64,000 nt of DNA from the human T2T-CHM13v2.0 reference genome, Homo sapiens: the NCBI RefSeq assembly GCF_009914755.1, contig NC_060947.1. The stretch is one strand, 5' to 3'. The notes below the pieces were generated by a model, which was given only the letters and a program-made list of their open reading frames with translations, did no database searches and was not told where the DNA came from. The translations under genes and the position numbers were made by a program. Numbering within the stretch: the stretch's first letter is position 1; the number at the start of each line of letters is the position of its first letter. Below are positions 1 to 19,845 of the stretch, piece by piece.

Positions 1-1288
<1,288 letters not shown>

Positions 1289-1289
1289 C

Positions 1290-1636
1290 CTGCCTGAGAC
1301 TGATTTACAGTTAACTTTAAAAAAAAAAGTAGAAGGAGTACACTCTAAAATAATAATTATAAGTATAGTATAGTAAAGATATAAACCAGTAACATCATCA
1401 TTTATTATCATCATCAAGTATTATGTACTGTTCATAATTGTATGTGCAAGACTTTTCTATGACTGGCAGCACAATAGGTTTGGTTACACCAGCATCATCA
1501 TAAACACATGAGTAATGCATTGCACTATAATGTTACTAGGTGATAGGAATTTTTCAGCTCCATTATAATCTTATGAGTCCACCTTCATATATGTGGTCCA
1601 TCATTTACCAAAATGTAGTTACACAGTGCGTGACTG
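1290..1636 (+). mobile_element. Tigger3/Golem-type DNA transposon, 3' part
   Basis: TAGGTGATAGGAATTTTTCAGCTCCATTATAATCTTATG internal motif and terminal ...GCGTGACTG followed by the TA target. Confidence 0.8.
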
Positions 1637-1638
1637 TA

Positions 1639-2863
1639 TGCATCACCAAGGAACTCATCTCACAGCAAAGGAAGTGTGTAGCAAAGTCCTCATGCCATGG
1701 AAATAACTGCTCTTATGACACAATCCAGAAGCAGCTGGTCTAACTGAAAGGTGAAATTGGTTACTGAACACTCAGTTACAACACCAAATGGGAGAAAACA
1801 CCTTGCGAGGATGGGATTCAGTCTCACAGGATGTAGTTTTTGCTTTAAATCAGAGCAGAATTATCTGGTGCTGTTTCCCCCATAGCCAGATCACATAGTT
1901 CCAGAAATTAAGGTGTAGAAGTGGGAATAACTCCTGTCACTATTACAACTAATAACTAACTCACAGCATTTTTGCCTCCCATTCCAGCAACTTGGAGCTC
2001 TGTTGGATTGGCGATCACATGCTTCCACCAAGAGAGACAAAATAGTTACACTGAATTGGAAGTTGAGACTATACTGCCTGAATATATAGGGCTTCTCATA
2101 CCACTGAACTAACAGGAGAAAAAGGGGTTACTGACTGGAGAGATTGATCCAGATTATCAAGAGGAAATCTGTTTGCTGCTATACAATGCAATCAAGAATT
2201 ACTATATCTGGAATCCAGGAGATTCTCTGAGGTGCTTCTTGATACTTCTATGTCCAATAGTAAAGGTTAATGGAAAACTATAGCACCCCCACCCAAAGCA
2301 AGATGACTGAGTAATCATACCCTTTAGGAATAAAAGTTTGGAGCACTCTGCCATGTAAAAAAAACTAAGAGCAGCTGAAGTTCTGGCTGAGGGCAAAGTA
2401 AATAGAAATTTTTTCAACTACTAGTTGAAGAAAATGGCCATAGATATCAACTACAACCATGTGAACAATTAGAGAAACAAGAATTGTGGTAGCTTTTCAT
2501 ATTTTCTCTTTACTTGATATGTACATGTGTTAATCTGTATATACTAACCATTTTTTCTCCTCTTTCTTTTTTCCTATCTTTGTTCTTATATACACATTAT
2601 TGGAGCCTAGTTCTATAGCTTAGTGTTTAAATAACAGCATATTCAGTGAGACTGTGACTGAGTTTGAGGAATAATTCTCACTCAATATATCTATGGATAT
2701 AATGACTTCAGACTGCATGTCTTTTCATTTTGCAAAAGGACGAGAACACTTCTAAGGATGTTAGTGGTATTTTCTTATGTCAAAATGTAAACAGTTTAGA
2801 TTATGAGGCAATTTAAATGTGTGTAGAGGGTGCATATGGAAGCTTAGTAGCCAAAGGGTGGAC
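1639..2863 (+). mobile_element. ERVL-class internal fragment (degenerate integrase and dUTPase, polypurine tract)
   Basis: About 2135-2190 reads GEIDPDYQEEICLLLYN, resembling the ERV-L dUTPase motif. Ends in CCAAAGGGTGGAC directly before the LTR TG. Confidence 0.8.
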
Positions 2864-4007
<1,144 letters not shown>

Positions 4008-4287
4008 AGAAAAGTCTAGCCAGTTTGACTGGGGGAGAAAAAAAACAGAGAAGATAAAAATCATCAATATCAGGAGTGAAAGAAGGGAAATCATAAATTA
4101 TACAGTGAAGCATTATATATAACATAACATATTCCAGCAAACTATCTGCTTCTTTCTAGGGTTTTTCACTAGTTTTTCTGCTTCTCTTTTATTTCTAAAC
4201 AATGGAGTGCCCAGGGCTTCAGCCTTGAGACTCTATCCACCCTTACCCAGGTCGTGATTTAATCTGCTGTCATGGCTTAAATATTAT

Positions 4288-4380
4288 TTATCTATCTACA
4301 CAGACACACATGTACATGTGTGCATGTATACATATGTGTATGTATGTATGTATGTATATGTGTACATATACATGTACATA
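4288..4380. repeat. (TACA/TATG)n-like low-complexity repeat
   Basis: Alternating purine-pyrimidine run visible in the sequence. Confidence 0.8.
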
Positions 4381-6294
4381 AGCATTTAGCAACCTAGCAT
4401 AATACCTGACACATAGTAACTGATTAAAAAATGGTATTTGTTTCTGCGTAAATAGTAGTTATTATCACAGATAAGGTACCTGCCTCAAAATAGGTGCCAG
4501 AAAGTTCCTTCCCTTCTTTCTTGTTCTTAGGTTGGCTCCCATGCACATATGACTTCCTTCCCTGCTTGTACTCATGAATTGCCCTCCTTTGTCTCTGGGG
4601 CATCCTCCAACCACTCCCTCTCACTCTCATCTCATAACTGGGACCTTAGGCTTCCTACTAAAGATGGGGAACAGGCATACATCTTTGTATCTGCCTTCTG
4701 GGCTAATTATTTGACTCTGTTCACAAATGATGCTCTATGATCAGCTCTTTGCAAACCTCACCTGGCCTAATCCAGCATCTGTCACAGTTGGCTGGATGAC
4801 CATTGGCCCACAGAGGCTCAGCTCTGTCCTAGTTCTGACAAGGATTTCACGGAAATAATTCCCTAGGGAATTCAGGCTAATGCATCCCTTTCTCTGGGAG
4901 ACAGGGATGAAAAGGAGCTGGCTAGCTCAATCTGATATCACCAAAAGGGAAAATTCAGCCACTTCAAAACGGTTTCTATCAAAATTATTCAGGACTACCC
5001 ATGGCTACATAAGCATTAAATGCGGAGAAAGCAAAAATCATATGAAAGTCCCAGTCCTCACATGGTTGCCTTTCTGAGCTGAACTCAGCTCTGGATCTAA
5101 GTGCTGGGACCTATCTAAGATACAACTCTATTTCTGAACATCAAACCTCTCTTCCTATCATGGAATCATGAGCTACTACAAAGGAGGGGATGGGCGGTGA
5201 GAGCACTTTTCGTGTTACTTAACTGTATGTTGCATAAGATGTCAACTTGCACTTGGGCAGGGAAGTTCATTCTCTTGGAGGCAGAGCGCCTGAATTATCT
5301 CCCTCAATAACTGTCAAAAGAATAAGCGTAAATTGAAACTGTCATTCATGGGCAATTTTGTCGCCAAGAATGACATCTAATCTTTTGACCTAGAAACCAC
5401 TTACCATCATAAGATCTCAATGAATGAGTGATTACAAAGTTTCTGAGAGAAACAGTAGCTCACTACAGCATTAAAAGGCAGGCTCTGACCTTTTCTAAGT
5501 AACAACTAAACCTGCTTTTATATAATGATATGTGCTATCTGGAGAGCAAAGCATATGTCTTTTTAATTAATTGATTAGAAACAGTCGTATGAAAGGAAAT
5601 GGAAACACCAGCTGGTAATAGTCCTCCTTTATGGCATAATAATTCTTTTATTAACCTCAACTCTTGACACTTGAGGGAAATCTTTAGTGCTGCCATGGTG
5701 CTCTCAAGGAACTGGCTTTGTACTGAAGATCACGTGCCAGGATGATAAGAGACCTCAGCTGGGCACCCAAGGATGCCTGAGTTCTAGCTGTGTACCTAAC
5801 AGACCTATGACTTTGACCTCTGTTTCCCTAAACACTGAAGGACTTGGACAAGATGACCCCTAAAGTCTCTTTGAGTTTAAACGTTCTATAATACTAGTGT
5901 TTTAAATACAAAGAATCATCCTGCTCCCTTTCATTTGATTTTCATCAGAGGGTCTTTGTTAGAGGATCAGTTAGATTTACCAAAGGATTCTAGTCATGAA
6001 CACTTTTGTCCATTGTGTTTTGTCCATTGGTGGCAACATTCAAACAGCTGCAACTAGCTACAGCTAGTTTCTTCTCTAAGACTCCTTGCTGGTTCCTGAT
6101 TCACCTGTACTTCTAAACATTGGAGTACCCAGAGCTCAAACCTCGGGCCTCTTCTCCATCTTTCTTAACCCCTGTAGTGACCTCATCTGTTCTCATGGTT
6201 TAAATACCATCTGAACAGTGATGACTCCATAATATATATCCTCAGCCCAGCCCTCTCCTTTGTATTACAGTCATATATACCCAACTGCCTACAG

Positions 6295-6736
6295 TGTGGA
6301 ATCCAAATTAGGGAAGAGGAGTCAGTCTGGAGGGACCAGGGGAAAGCAAAAAGAAAAAGCAGATAAGCTATAAGTCTGCCTTTCTTTGTGATCCAGGACA
6401 CATAGCCCTCCTGCGCAAATAACTCACAATCTTCCTGCACCCAACTTATCCCTAGACCCTCAACTGATAGAAAAATGCAAGTTAGCTCCATGCAACCTTG
6501 GCATTATCACTATTGCACAAAGCCCCCTTTAGCACACAGCAACATTCTATAAAATCCCCAGCAAGCCTTTGTCTCCTTGCAGTCAGCTTCTCTCTTGCTG
6601 GTCTGCCTGTTGTTCCCTTGAAACATATTTTCATACTTCCTCTAATAAATCTACCTTTCTTTACCTACAATTGTCTTAGTAAAGTCTTCTTACCCCCACG
6701 CCACCGAACTCAGATAGTCGCTGCTCTCCCATGACA
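6295..6736 (+). mobile_element. Solo ERV1-class LTR (LTR23-like)
   Basis: TG...CA ends, TATA-like CTATAAAA (about 6547), AATAAA (about 6644), near-TSD TACA on both flanks, and L2 resumes on both sides. Confidence 0.75.
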
Positions 6737-7924
6737 TACAAGACATCTCTTCTTGGGAGCTTAATAGGCACCTCACACTTAACATGTCCAAAAAAAGCAT
6801 CCTCATTTTTAATTTATTTGTTTATATTTTTTTACCTAAAATAACTCTTCCACCAATCTTTCCATCTTCGGAGATGGCAACCACCTAATTTCAGTTGCTC
6901 AGGCCAAAATCTTGCAGTTATTTTTGACTTCTCTTTCTCTCACACCCTCTACCCAATCTATTAACAAATCCTGCAATTTCTGTCTATAAAATATATATAG
7001 AATGCCACCACTTCTCACCATGCCCACTGCTTGATCCTTGATGGAAACCATCATCATCTCTCACCTAGATTGCAGTAGCCTCCTGTATTCCTGCTTCTGA
7101 TCTTACTGCCTGTATTCCTGCTTCTGATCTTACTGCCTTCTACACAATTCTCTATGTAACAGAGGATTCTGTTAAAATGTAAGATTATATCAGTCCAAAG
7201 CCCTTACAGTGGCCTATACAAACCTAAACAATAGCTCTGCCCATTGGCAATGCAAGTTCATCTTTTATTCTTCTTCCCCTCTCTCACTCCATTCCAGACA
7301 CAGGGCTTCTTGTCTGTTTCTCAAACACACCCAGACATTCTCCTGCCTCAGGGTCTTTGCATTTGTTATTCCCCCTGCCCTGGATAGCTCTTTTCCAGGT
7401 ATCCACAGAGCATACTGATTCCCTCACTTTCTTCAGATTGTGGTTGAAATGCCATCTTATCAGTAAGACCTTCCTCAATAATCTTATTTAAAATTACACA
7501 CATCTCTTGCCAAGTATGCCTTTCCCTCCTTCTCTTATCTATCTTTTGTATAACACTTTTTATCCTGTTACACATCATGTATTTTACTTCCTTATTTGTT
7601 TATTGTCTGTGTGGAAGCCACAGGCTCTTGGCCCCCTAAAGGTTTGCTAAAAATCACCGACATGAAATGGATTGATTTATAGGAGAGAAAGCACATACAT
7701 TTATTTAATGTGCATACATGGGAGCCTTCAGAATGAAGATCCAACTTTCCAGTGAGTTACAGAAACTTATATACCATTTTGAAATTACAGAAAGAATGGG
7801 GGTTAGATTCTGGTAAAAAGTTTATGGAAAGGAGAGAAGAGGCTTGGCTAGCAAAGGTGGCCTTGTTATGCTGATGAAGCCTCCCTCAGAGAGAACAGAT
7901 GGTAAATGTTTCTTTTCAGACTTT

Positions 7925-9564
<1,640 letters not shown>

Positions 9565-9654
9565 TTCTTTTCAGACTTTTAAAGGTGTCAGACTCTAAAT
9601 CTCTCCTGGATCCAGGGAAAGGCAGAGAAAGGGGAGGGGGCATGGCTGCATTAA

Positions 9655-10068
<414 letters not shown>

Positions 10069-11774
10069 GGGATAAAATATTTTAATTTCCTTCAACTGTC
10101 TTTTCTCTTTAGCAGGTAAGCTCCTCTAAAACAGGGATTCTTGTCTGTTTTCCTAGTGCCTAGAAGAGTGCCTGGTACATAATAGGTTCTCAGTAAATAT
10201 TTGTTTCATAAATAAATGAACTGTCTTCACTAACCAGATGCCTCAGAGATTCACCTCCCTCTTGTTAGAAAATGATAAAATGGCTTTGTAGAGTGAATTA
10301 GACTGTGAACAATATGTGAAAAATACTTTGTAGATGCAGAAATGATTATTTCATTATCTGACCAACGTACAAGGGACACATACAAATTGTTCTAATCTCA
10401 GAGTGAAAGAGTAATGAACAATGGGTTCTTGAATAAGTGCAGGAAGAAAATAATGAATTGTAGTTTAAATGAAATTATAACTCAATGGCCTGCATCACAG
10501 GCTTGCTTTATCTATTCTTTGAGCGCTGTCATTTGAGGGAAATGTCCTTTAGAGACAGAAAAAAAATGAGTCAAAGAGACTGGCCAAGTGAAGAAATAGG
10601 CCCAGCACTTGCATTCAGTAGGTCAGTATTTAAATGCCTTTCATTGTGGATCTTTTACTTCCCAGACATAATTTTCTAAGTAATATTCAACAATGAATCA
10701 AGTGAATATTTGCTCCTTTGCCTTGAAAACAAATTTTCTCTTATTCAGAGAATTCACTGACAGCAACTGAAAATTCTGGCTACCTCTGATCAGATACCTT
10801 CTTCATCCAAATAAAATCAACTGAACAATAATTAGTAATGATGACTGTGTTTTCCAAGGGAGGTTTTCATTTAGAGTAGGTCTACAAAATATGGTTTCTA
10901 TTTTCCTGGAGGCATTTTAGCTGCTAGATGTAGAATAGAACATTAGGCAGGTAGATGCCATTGCTAAAGAGAAGGCCTCTCATCTAGGTCTTCACAGGGT
11001 TCAGTGCCAAATGATAATTTCTAGTTAGGCATATGTGGAAGGTCTTACCTTAATTGAGCAAGATGCTGGATTACATTTGTACAATCATATATTCAAGACA
11101 ATGAGACAATGGTAGAGCAAAAACAGAATATCTAGTCTTACTATAGTATATTACAGTTTTAGAGTCTTCATACCAAAAAAAGCACTTGAGCCCTGAGGAG
11201 GTTGGAGGCCATGACTTTTAAAAGAATAAATGAAGAATTGTCCATCACACATGCCATTCATGTTAGGATTCTTATATGTATATTTCTTTGCTAGGCATCC
11301 TATTCCTGCTTATACCTGTGACATAGAGCAGGAAATAACATTTTGTTACAAAGACAAGAAAAATCTACAGAATCCAAAGTCATGACACAGAAAGACACAC
11401 ATTTTCCCTCAGCAGGTCTCAGTGCCTTTATGTGAAAGTCAGACAGAGAACTCAATAATTTCCACCCCTATCAGCAGCAGGGTTTTTTTAATGGTTACCA
11501 ATTCAAATCACAATGGGAAATAGATACATATTCTTTACGTTGACCACTATGCATATCTGTTTAAAACATTAAAATAGCAAAGAGGTCACTTCTATAAATA
11601 TGAATAAATTTACGTACTACTAATTCGGAAGTTCCATTAATATTTCTAATAGCCTCTCCTCTCAAATCTGTTACAAGGTAATGTGATGTGTTTCTTTTTT
11701 CCTGATTTTCATCATTTAAAGATGTTCTCTGGTAAACAGTGTACGTGGACACAGCATGATTACTAAATGTTTCA

Positions 11775-12292
11775 GTGTCAGTTGCCTATTGCTGTGTAAC
11801 AAACAACCCTAAAACTCCACAGCTTAGAACAGTATCAATTTCTTAATTTCTTATGCTGTGTTGATTGACTGGGTGGTTCTACTTTGTGTGGTGTTGCCTA
11901 GGTCCCTGGGATGGCTGGAAGATCCAAAGTGGCTTTCTTCCCAGGGCTGGCAATTGGTGCTGGCTCCTGGTTGGGAGCTTGGCTGAGGCTGTTGGTTGGG
12001 GGCCTCAGTTTTCCTCCATGTGGGCCTGTCTATGGGGCTTCTTGGGTTTTATCATGGTGTGGTGGCTGGACTCCAAGAAGAAGCATTCCAAACAGAAAGG
12101 CAGAAACTGAAGATCACTCAAGGTTCAACCTTGGAAAATACACTGTCACTTCCACCACATTCTGCTGGTCAAAACAGGTCACAGGGCCAGTCCAAATTTA
12201 CCTCTCAGTGGGAGGAATGGCAAAAGCACATTGCAAAAGAGCATGTGGGATGGGAGTTCATGCTGCAACCAGCTTTAGTAACATATTCCACC
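11775..12292 (-). mobile_element. MaLR LTR (MLT1J/K-like)
   Basis: TATTGCTGTGTAACAAAC..CCTAAAAC at the start and CACATTCTGCTGGTCAAAACAGGTCACAGGGCCAG, typical of old MLT1 antisense. Confidence 0.7.
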
Positions 12293-12589
12293 ACAATCCT
12301 GAAATTTGCTTTTTACTTTCCCCTTTGCTGCTTTACTTCTCATTTTCTCCATATATTGGATTTTTAATCAGATCAGGTAGATGAACCAGATTAGAATATA
12401 TTAAGTGCACAAGATGTTGTGCTCTTAGTTTGCAAACTATGTCAGTATAGATCAATCACGGGGAATGGAACCAGGCAATATCTATCTGAGGATTTTAAGG
12501 AGTTCAAGGGAGAAATTGTGGTGCTGTTTGTTAAAATGTATAGTCTGTGATTCTAGAAATTTATTCTGCAAAAAAGAGCCCAAATTTTC

Positions 12590-12965
12590 TAGTGTCTATG
12601 TGCGAGGCACCATTATAAATATTTTATATTATTAATCACCTTATTTAATTTTCACAGCATTTTGAGGTGTATTTTATTGTCTCCATTCTCTAGATGAGGA
12701 AATTGGGGTCCAGAAAATTAGATTAACTTGCCCAACTTATCACACCTAATAAACAGGTGGAGGCCGGGTGTGGTGGTGTGTGCCTGTGGTCCCAGCTACT
12801 CAGGAGGCTGTGGCCAGAGGATTGCTTAAGCTTGGGAGCTCAAGGCTGCAGTGAGCTATGATCACACCACTGCACTCTTGCCTGGGCAACACAGTGAGAC
12901 CCTGTCTCATAAATAAATAAATAAGTGGACCTTCAAATTCAGTTATGTCCAACTCCAACTCCTTT
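12590..12965 (-). mobile_element. MIR, interrupted by an Alu monomer
   Basis: MIR core antisense CCATTCTCTAGATGAGGAAATTGGGGTCCAGA...AACTTGCCCAA. Confidence 0.65.
12762..12925 (+). mobile_element. Alu right monomer (FRAM/FAM-like)
   Basis: Single right-arm monomer with (TAAA)n tail; flanks end in GTGGA on both sides. Confidence 0.85.
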
Positions 12966-13610
12966 GCCTGATGGGGCCAGAGGCGGTCCTCTAAGGTACA
13001 AGAACCAGGGTAGGGGTCCTGATGGCTGATGTCTAAGGGAAGTAAGGATTTACAGATCTACAGTAAAAGTTGGAAGGGAGGAGCAGCAGCTGGAATCATA
13101 CAGTCTGCTCAAAATCAGGCTAGTTAGAAAAATTTGTAAAGGGCTACAATGAGCCAGAGATTAAATGTAACCTGCTTGTGAACAACAATATGGTTTGTTG
13201 GAGAAGAATTAAACAAGTTATTTTGTGAGATAACAGAGGATATGGATTCAATACATTTCTGTGTACCTACTATGAGAACTTATAACTGTCCAGAGGAATA
13301 GTCTGAAAGTGAGAAGTAACAAAACAAGAAGCTACCTACACTGAGTCCTATGACAGCTGAAGGCCCTTGCAGCCACTGCTCCAGGGCAGCTGGAGGGGTT
13401 GATATGAGAAGTTTGTTCAAAGTCCACATCCTTCAACAAAGTGGGGAGCAAAATTCCACTGAGCTACAAATGGAAAGCTATTGAGGTGTGATGGAAGGAG
13501 TCTTCACTTTTACATCAGGCACATTCTATTTGGAATCTTGATCTCAAACATACAACCGGTATGACCTTTGGGAACCCGTGTAACCTAGTTGAAGCTCAGT
13601 TTCCATATCA

Positions 13611-14280
<670 letters not shown>

Positions 14281-15529
14281 TACTTAAACATTATGTTAAG
14301 CTGCAATTTCTGAAGTCTCCGTCATTAAAACCTTCTAATGATTTATCCAAACAGAAGGATTTTGTATTTTATTTTCCCCCATTAAATTTGAACTTCTGCA
14401 AGCTATTTTGATGCAGGAGGCACTATTAGCTGGCAGCATGTTCAGAAACACTGCAGCAAGTTACCTTGTCTCCCAGGGCAAATTTTCCTAGGTACCATTG
14501 CTAAATAAATAGAGGTGGGGCCCTGGAGCCTCAGAGCCTGCCCCCTACCCACCCCACACTCCACGATGTTGCCTGGATGCATCTTCAGCCCACACATCCC
14601 ATTTTGTGTCTGCAGGCTGGGTCAAGGAGGTTGACAGAGTTTTCATTCTTTACAAGGTTGTCATTAAGGACATACATTTTTATTTCTCTCCATTAAATTG
14701 TTGATTCCATTCTATAAAAGCTAAAATGTAGTCTCCAAGTGTGGGACAAAGTAGGCGGCTTGCCATGCATCTGACTTTCTATTTAATTTAGATAGAAAGG
14801 GGTTGAGAGATCACAGTGCATGATTTAGCCTTATACCTTTCCATGCACCAGAAACTACCACTTCATAGGAAAGTAATACAAAGCCAGAATGCACCTTGCT
14901 CCTTGATATAGGATTATGCCTAGTGGAGAAATAAAAGAATGACTTGCAGAGCAAGGTGTTAGGACTAGGCCAGTCCAGTTCAGGGCTAATAAGGATTTAC
15001 TTTGACTCAGTTTGTTCTGTCGGGGAGTTGATCATTTAATGAACAAGAAACTGTCACTCTTGGGTATGTTCTGCTTCACTGCCTTTCTCACCCAGTTCCC
15101 TTGCACCATCCAGAGCAGACTGACCCCTATCTACTTGTCTTTCTCCTTGGAAATTCCCAACATGGAGGGGGCATTGTTCAGCCAAGACAGATGAAGAAAG
15201 GACATAAGGGAGAGGGCACCTGCCTGTCATTGCCTGGGGCAGGAGAGGGAGGAGGGAGTCTTTCAATTTCCCGTTACAGCTTTTCAGTATTCTCCTTCCC
15301 ACTGCTGGAAGTACTGAGCTTTGGTTCCACTAATACCCTTTCCATGCTCTGGGGAGATGCCAGGTTTGAGAAAGAGCTGCAATAACTGTCTGGTTTTCCT
15401 TTTCTGAATCTCATGGGGCCTAACCCTCAAATTTGAACCTTGAAGAAAAAAAAATCCTAAATATAACCAGTCAGCCCTCATAAACTAGTTTCCTTTCCTT
15501 CACTCCTTCCTCTGTTTGTGTCTATTAGA

Positions 15530-15735
15530 GAGATAGTACTGCATCGGGGTTACTGCATACACCTTGGGGAAGACTGATATTACTTAACTATCTGAATCTC
15601 AACTGCCTCATTCATATAATGCAGAAAAGAATAAAACCTACATCCCTAGTGTTTTTGTGAGAATTTGAAACATATAAAACATTTAGAAAAATATCCAGCA
15701 CAAAGTAAGTGCTATGTAAGTGCTAGCTATTATTA
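15530..15735 (+). mobile_element. MIR
   Basis: TTACTTAACTATCTGAATCTC...AAGTGCTAGCTATTATTAT 3' end. Confidence 0.6.
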
Positions 15736-16062
15736 TGTCATGAAGAAGATAGGGATGGATGAAGATGAAAACAAACAGATGCTGTAGAATTTCAGAATTC
15801 TGAAGATGAAAGCTGATCTAGAGATCAGCTGGTTTATGTCACTCATTTTACAGATAAGGAAACCAAGGCCCAGACAGAGGAAATGCTGGATTCCCACATT
15901 AAAACTCTTTCTATAATGTTACATCTCAGCTAATTTTATGCCTAAGGTGGTCCAACTCTGGTTTATCTATTCTTCCAGTCAACACATAGCAAAGGATTGT
16001 CATAATGCACAACTCCAGGAAGTTGTGCAATATAGTGGCTCTATGTCTAGGTGGTGAAATAC

Positions 16063-16880
<818 letters not shown>

Positions 16881-16881
16881 A

Positions 16882-17085
16882 GGTGAAGGGATTTAAGGAA
16901 GGGAGGTGGTATAGAACAGGGTTGTGGTATAGAAACATTTATCTTGGCTAATTGGAAGAAAAAAATCAGAGGGGATGAGACTGGTAACAGGGAAATCAAT
17001 TAGGAAACTATTGTAGTGGTCCAGGAGAAGCCCGAGAGATAGCTGAGCTGGGGTAGTAGAAATAGAAATGGATGCCATAAATGAT
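16882..17085 (-). mobile_element. L2 fragment
   Basis: GGGAAATCAATTAGGAAACTATTGTAGTGGTCCAGG, an antisense L2 motif. Confidence 0.6.
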
Positions 17086-17984
17086 TAAGCAGATATATCA
17101 TGTTCTTCTTGTTTAGAACAATAACAAACAAAAGCAAAACACCACGTGATAAACAGATCCTTTTGGTTACCTGTACATACCTTTATCAGATAATAAGGCC
17201 ACTTGATCACCTGGAGTTAAAGCACATGGTGGTCCCCAGCTCTCACTGTAAACTAGTGAAAAACTTACTGCCTTGGCTGTTTTCTTTCTGGTATGCAATT
17301 TCAAGGAAGCATTTCAAGATATTCATTTGTCCACAATAGTGCTTAGAATGACTTTGCCCAGAGAGCCAGAGTAATTATTTATTTATGAAAATTTTAAAAA
17401 GCAACCTGAGGTAAATGATTTGTTATGATGGCACTGGAGTCAGGGACAACATACTGTACTTACAACTCAGTCACACCTTCAGGCCAAGAATTCTAGTATG
17501 GAAGGTATGAATCCCCTGCTACCAGATTGCTCAGCAAACAAATCTTCCTCCCCCACAGGGCCCCAACAGGGCTGCAGATTGGTGTTTCTTCACCCATCAA
17601 AGCTGGAGCTTTGTGATAGCCTGGCTCATTAGCACACCGCTACAGATGAAGTCTAGCACCGCAACAGAACAAAAATTGCCAAGTTTATGAAGTTTTTCTT
17701 CTGTGTACTTTCTATCTACCATCCTCTCTATTGCCTCCACTTTCTTTATCCACATCCCTACTTTGTCTTTTTTAATCAGTCTGAAACTCAGAATTCTCAT
17801 GCTATTCTGAATCATGCTACTAGGCAGAGAGATGTATATTATCTCGCTCCCTACATCTATATGTGATTATGTTAATCTATACATGATGCACCTATATTAT
17901 TTACAGATTAACTCACATTAAGGTGCCTATGACTTTAAGTTTGCTCCTTGGCATGTGAAAAAAAAGCTAAATATCAAGTCGATG

Positions 17985-18113
17985 ACTTAATTATAAATTA
18001 GCTGGTATGTGGTCATTTCAAAATCTAGACATATATTAAAACATCATGTTGTACAATGTAGATATATTCCATTTTTAATTGTCAATCATTCCACAGTAAA
18101 GCTGGCGGGGGAA
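17985..18113 (+). mobile_element. Old L1M 3' terminal fragment
   Basis: AAAACATCATGTTGTACA...TTTAATTGTCAATCATTCCACAGTAAAGCTGG, typical of L1M 3' ends. Confidence 0.6.
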
Positions 18114-18114
18114 A

Positions 18115-19440
18115 GAGTAGCAGATCTCCAGAGGACGTTGAATCCTCAACCACAGCAAGTCTTGTATGCTAAGGTCAGGGCCCTGGTTAGGAAGGAGTAG
18201 GATGCTGAGACTTCGGCTGGTAGATCTGGGTTGATGCACTCAAAAATCTCGATTCTCCAATTCCTCTAAACCCTCTAGGCTTGTAGAAGTGGCCCACTCC
18301 TCCCTGTGAAAAACTAGTGTACCTCCTCCCTTGCTTGCAGACAACAAAAAGGCCTTTGTCTTATAAGACAACCTGCATTACTGAAACAGCCCTTTAACCC
18401 CTAGAAAAATGGTGAATTAAAATACTCTGGATAAATGGCAGGGATCAGTGTCACCTTTAGACGCCTAAATGATGTAGGGGTTGTTGTATCCATCATATTC
18501 CCATTTAATTCGCCAGATTGAACACTACAAAAAAAGCTGACATATTCTGAAGAATGACAACAGAATACTCTAAACTCAACCAAGTAGTACCCCTAATTGT
18601 TCCTGCTGTGCCAGATACAGTATCTTTTCTAGAGTAAATTAACACAGCCTCAGGTTGATGGTATGTGGTCATTGAGATCAGAAAAATACTACTTTTCTTT
18701 TCCACCCCAGTCAGGAAAGATTACCAGAGGCAGTTCATATTCACATGTAACTGACAAGACAATAGCATCCTTTTTTTTTTTTTTTTGAGATGGAGTCTCG
18801 CTCTGCCACCCAGGCTGAAGTACAGTGGCGTGATCTCAGCTCACTGCAACCTCTGCCTCTCAGGTTCAAGTGATTCTCCTGCTTCAGCCTCCTGAGTAGC
18901 TGGGATTAAAGGTGTGCACCACCATGCCCAGCTAATTTTTGTATTTTTTATTATTTTTAAGTAGAGATGTGTTTTCACCATGTTGGCCAGGCTGGTCTTG
19001 AACTCCTGACCTCAAGTGATCCACCTGCCTCAGTGTCCCAAAGTGCTGGGATTCAGGCATAAGCCACGACGTCCAGCCAATAGCATACATTTATGATCTT
19101 GTTCCAAGGCTATATTAACTTTCCAGGCCTCTATCTCAACATAGTCCAAAGGGATCTGGACATACCTTGAAACATCACTCAGTGGGCTATAGTGATGACG
19201 TCATGCTAATTGGACCAGATAAGGAAGAAGTAGTAAGTGCATTGGAGACCTTGGTAAAACACATACATATCCGAAGGGTAGACAAAAAACACAATGAAGA
19301 TTCAGAGAACATGCCACATCAGTGAAGTTTCTAGATACTCAGTGATTTGTAGCATGCCAGGATATCCTCTCTAAAGTGAAGGGCATATTATTTGTACCTC
19401 CTGCCACCAGGAAGGAAGCACAACACCTAGGCAGCCTGTC
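18115..19440 (+). mobile_element. ERVL-class internal fragment (gag-like piece joined to degenerate RT)
   Basis: LNPQPQQVLYAKVRALVRKE (ERV-L gag-like) at the end of ORF 18009-18200; RT-like KLNQVVPLIVPAVPD at about 18570; GATGACGTCATGCTAATTGGA (DDVMLIG) at about 19194. Confidence 0.75.
18771..19078 (-). mobile_element. Alu (AluS-like)
   Basis: Antisense dimer; TSD AATAGCAT. Confidence 0.95.
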
Positions 19441-19519
19441 TCTCTGTAATGGGTACAGTGGGTGGTAGGTCAGTGGTTGTTTCACTTCTCTCCAAAGTTC
19501 CTTTATGCTTCCTAAATTT

Positions 19520-19715
19520 AAAGGGTGAGAGAAGAGGAGAGGATAAGAAAGGGAAAGGGAAAGGAGAAAAGAGAATGGGGAGGGGAGGGGATGAGAGGGC
19601 AATGGGGATAATAGAAAAAGAGAGAAAGGAGAGATATGGAAAGAAAAAAGGAAAGAGAAAGAAAATGAAAGGAGATAAACTAAAAGAGGTGAGAAACATG
19701 GATAAAGAACAATTA
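19520..19715. repeat. GA-rich low-complexity tract
   Basis: Strong purine strand bias, which explains the overlapping low-complexity ORFs. Confidence 0.85.
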
Positions 19716-19845
19716 GGCTAGGCACAGTGGCTCACGCCTGTAATCTCAACACTTCAGGAGGCCAAGGTGGGAGGATTGCTTGAACCCAGGAGTTTGAGAC
19801 CCGCCTAGGCAATATAGTGAGACCCCACTCAACAAAAAATAAAAA
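19716..19845 (+). mobile_element. Alu left monomer (FLAM-like)
   Basis: Left arm only, followed by an A-rich tail. Confidence 0.85.

Noticed and set aside
11865-12384. Three overlapping open frames up to 157 aa
   Set aside because: They lie within an MLT1 LTR, and I recognise no protein homology.
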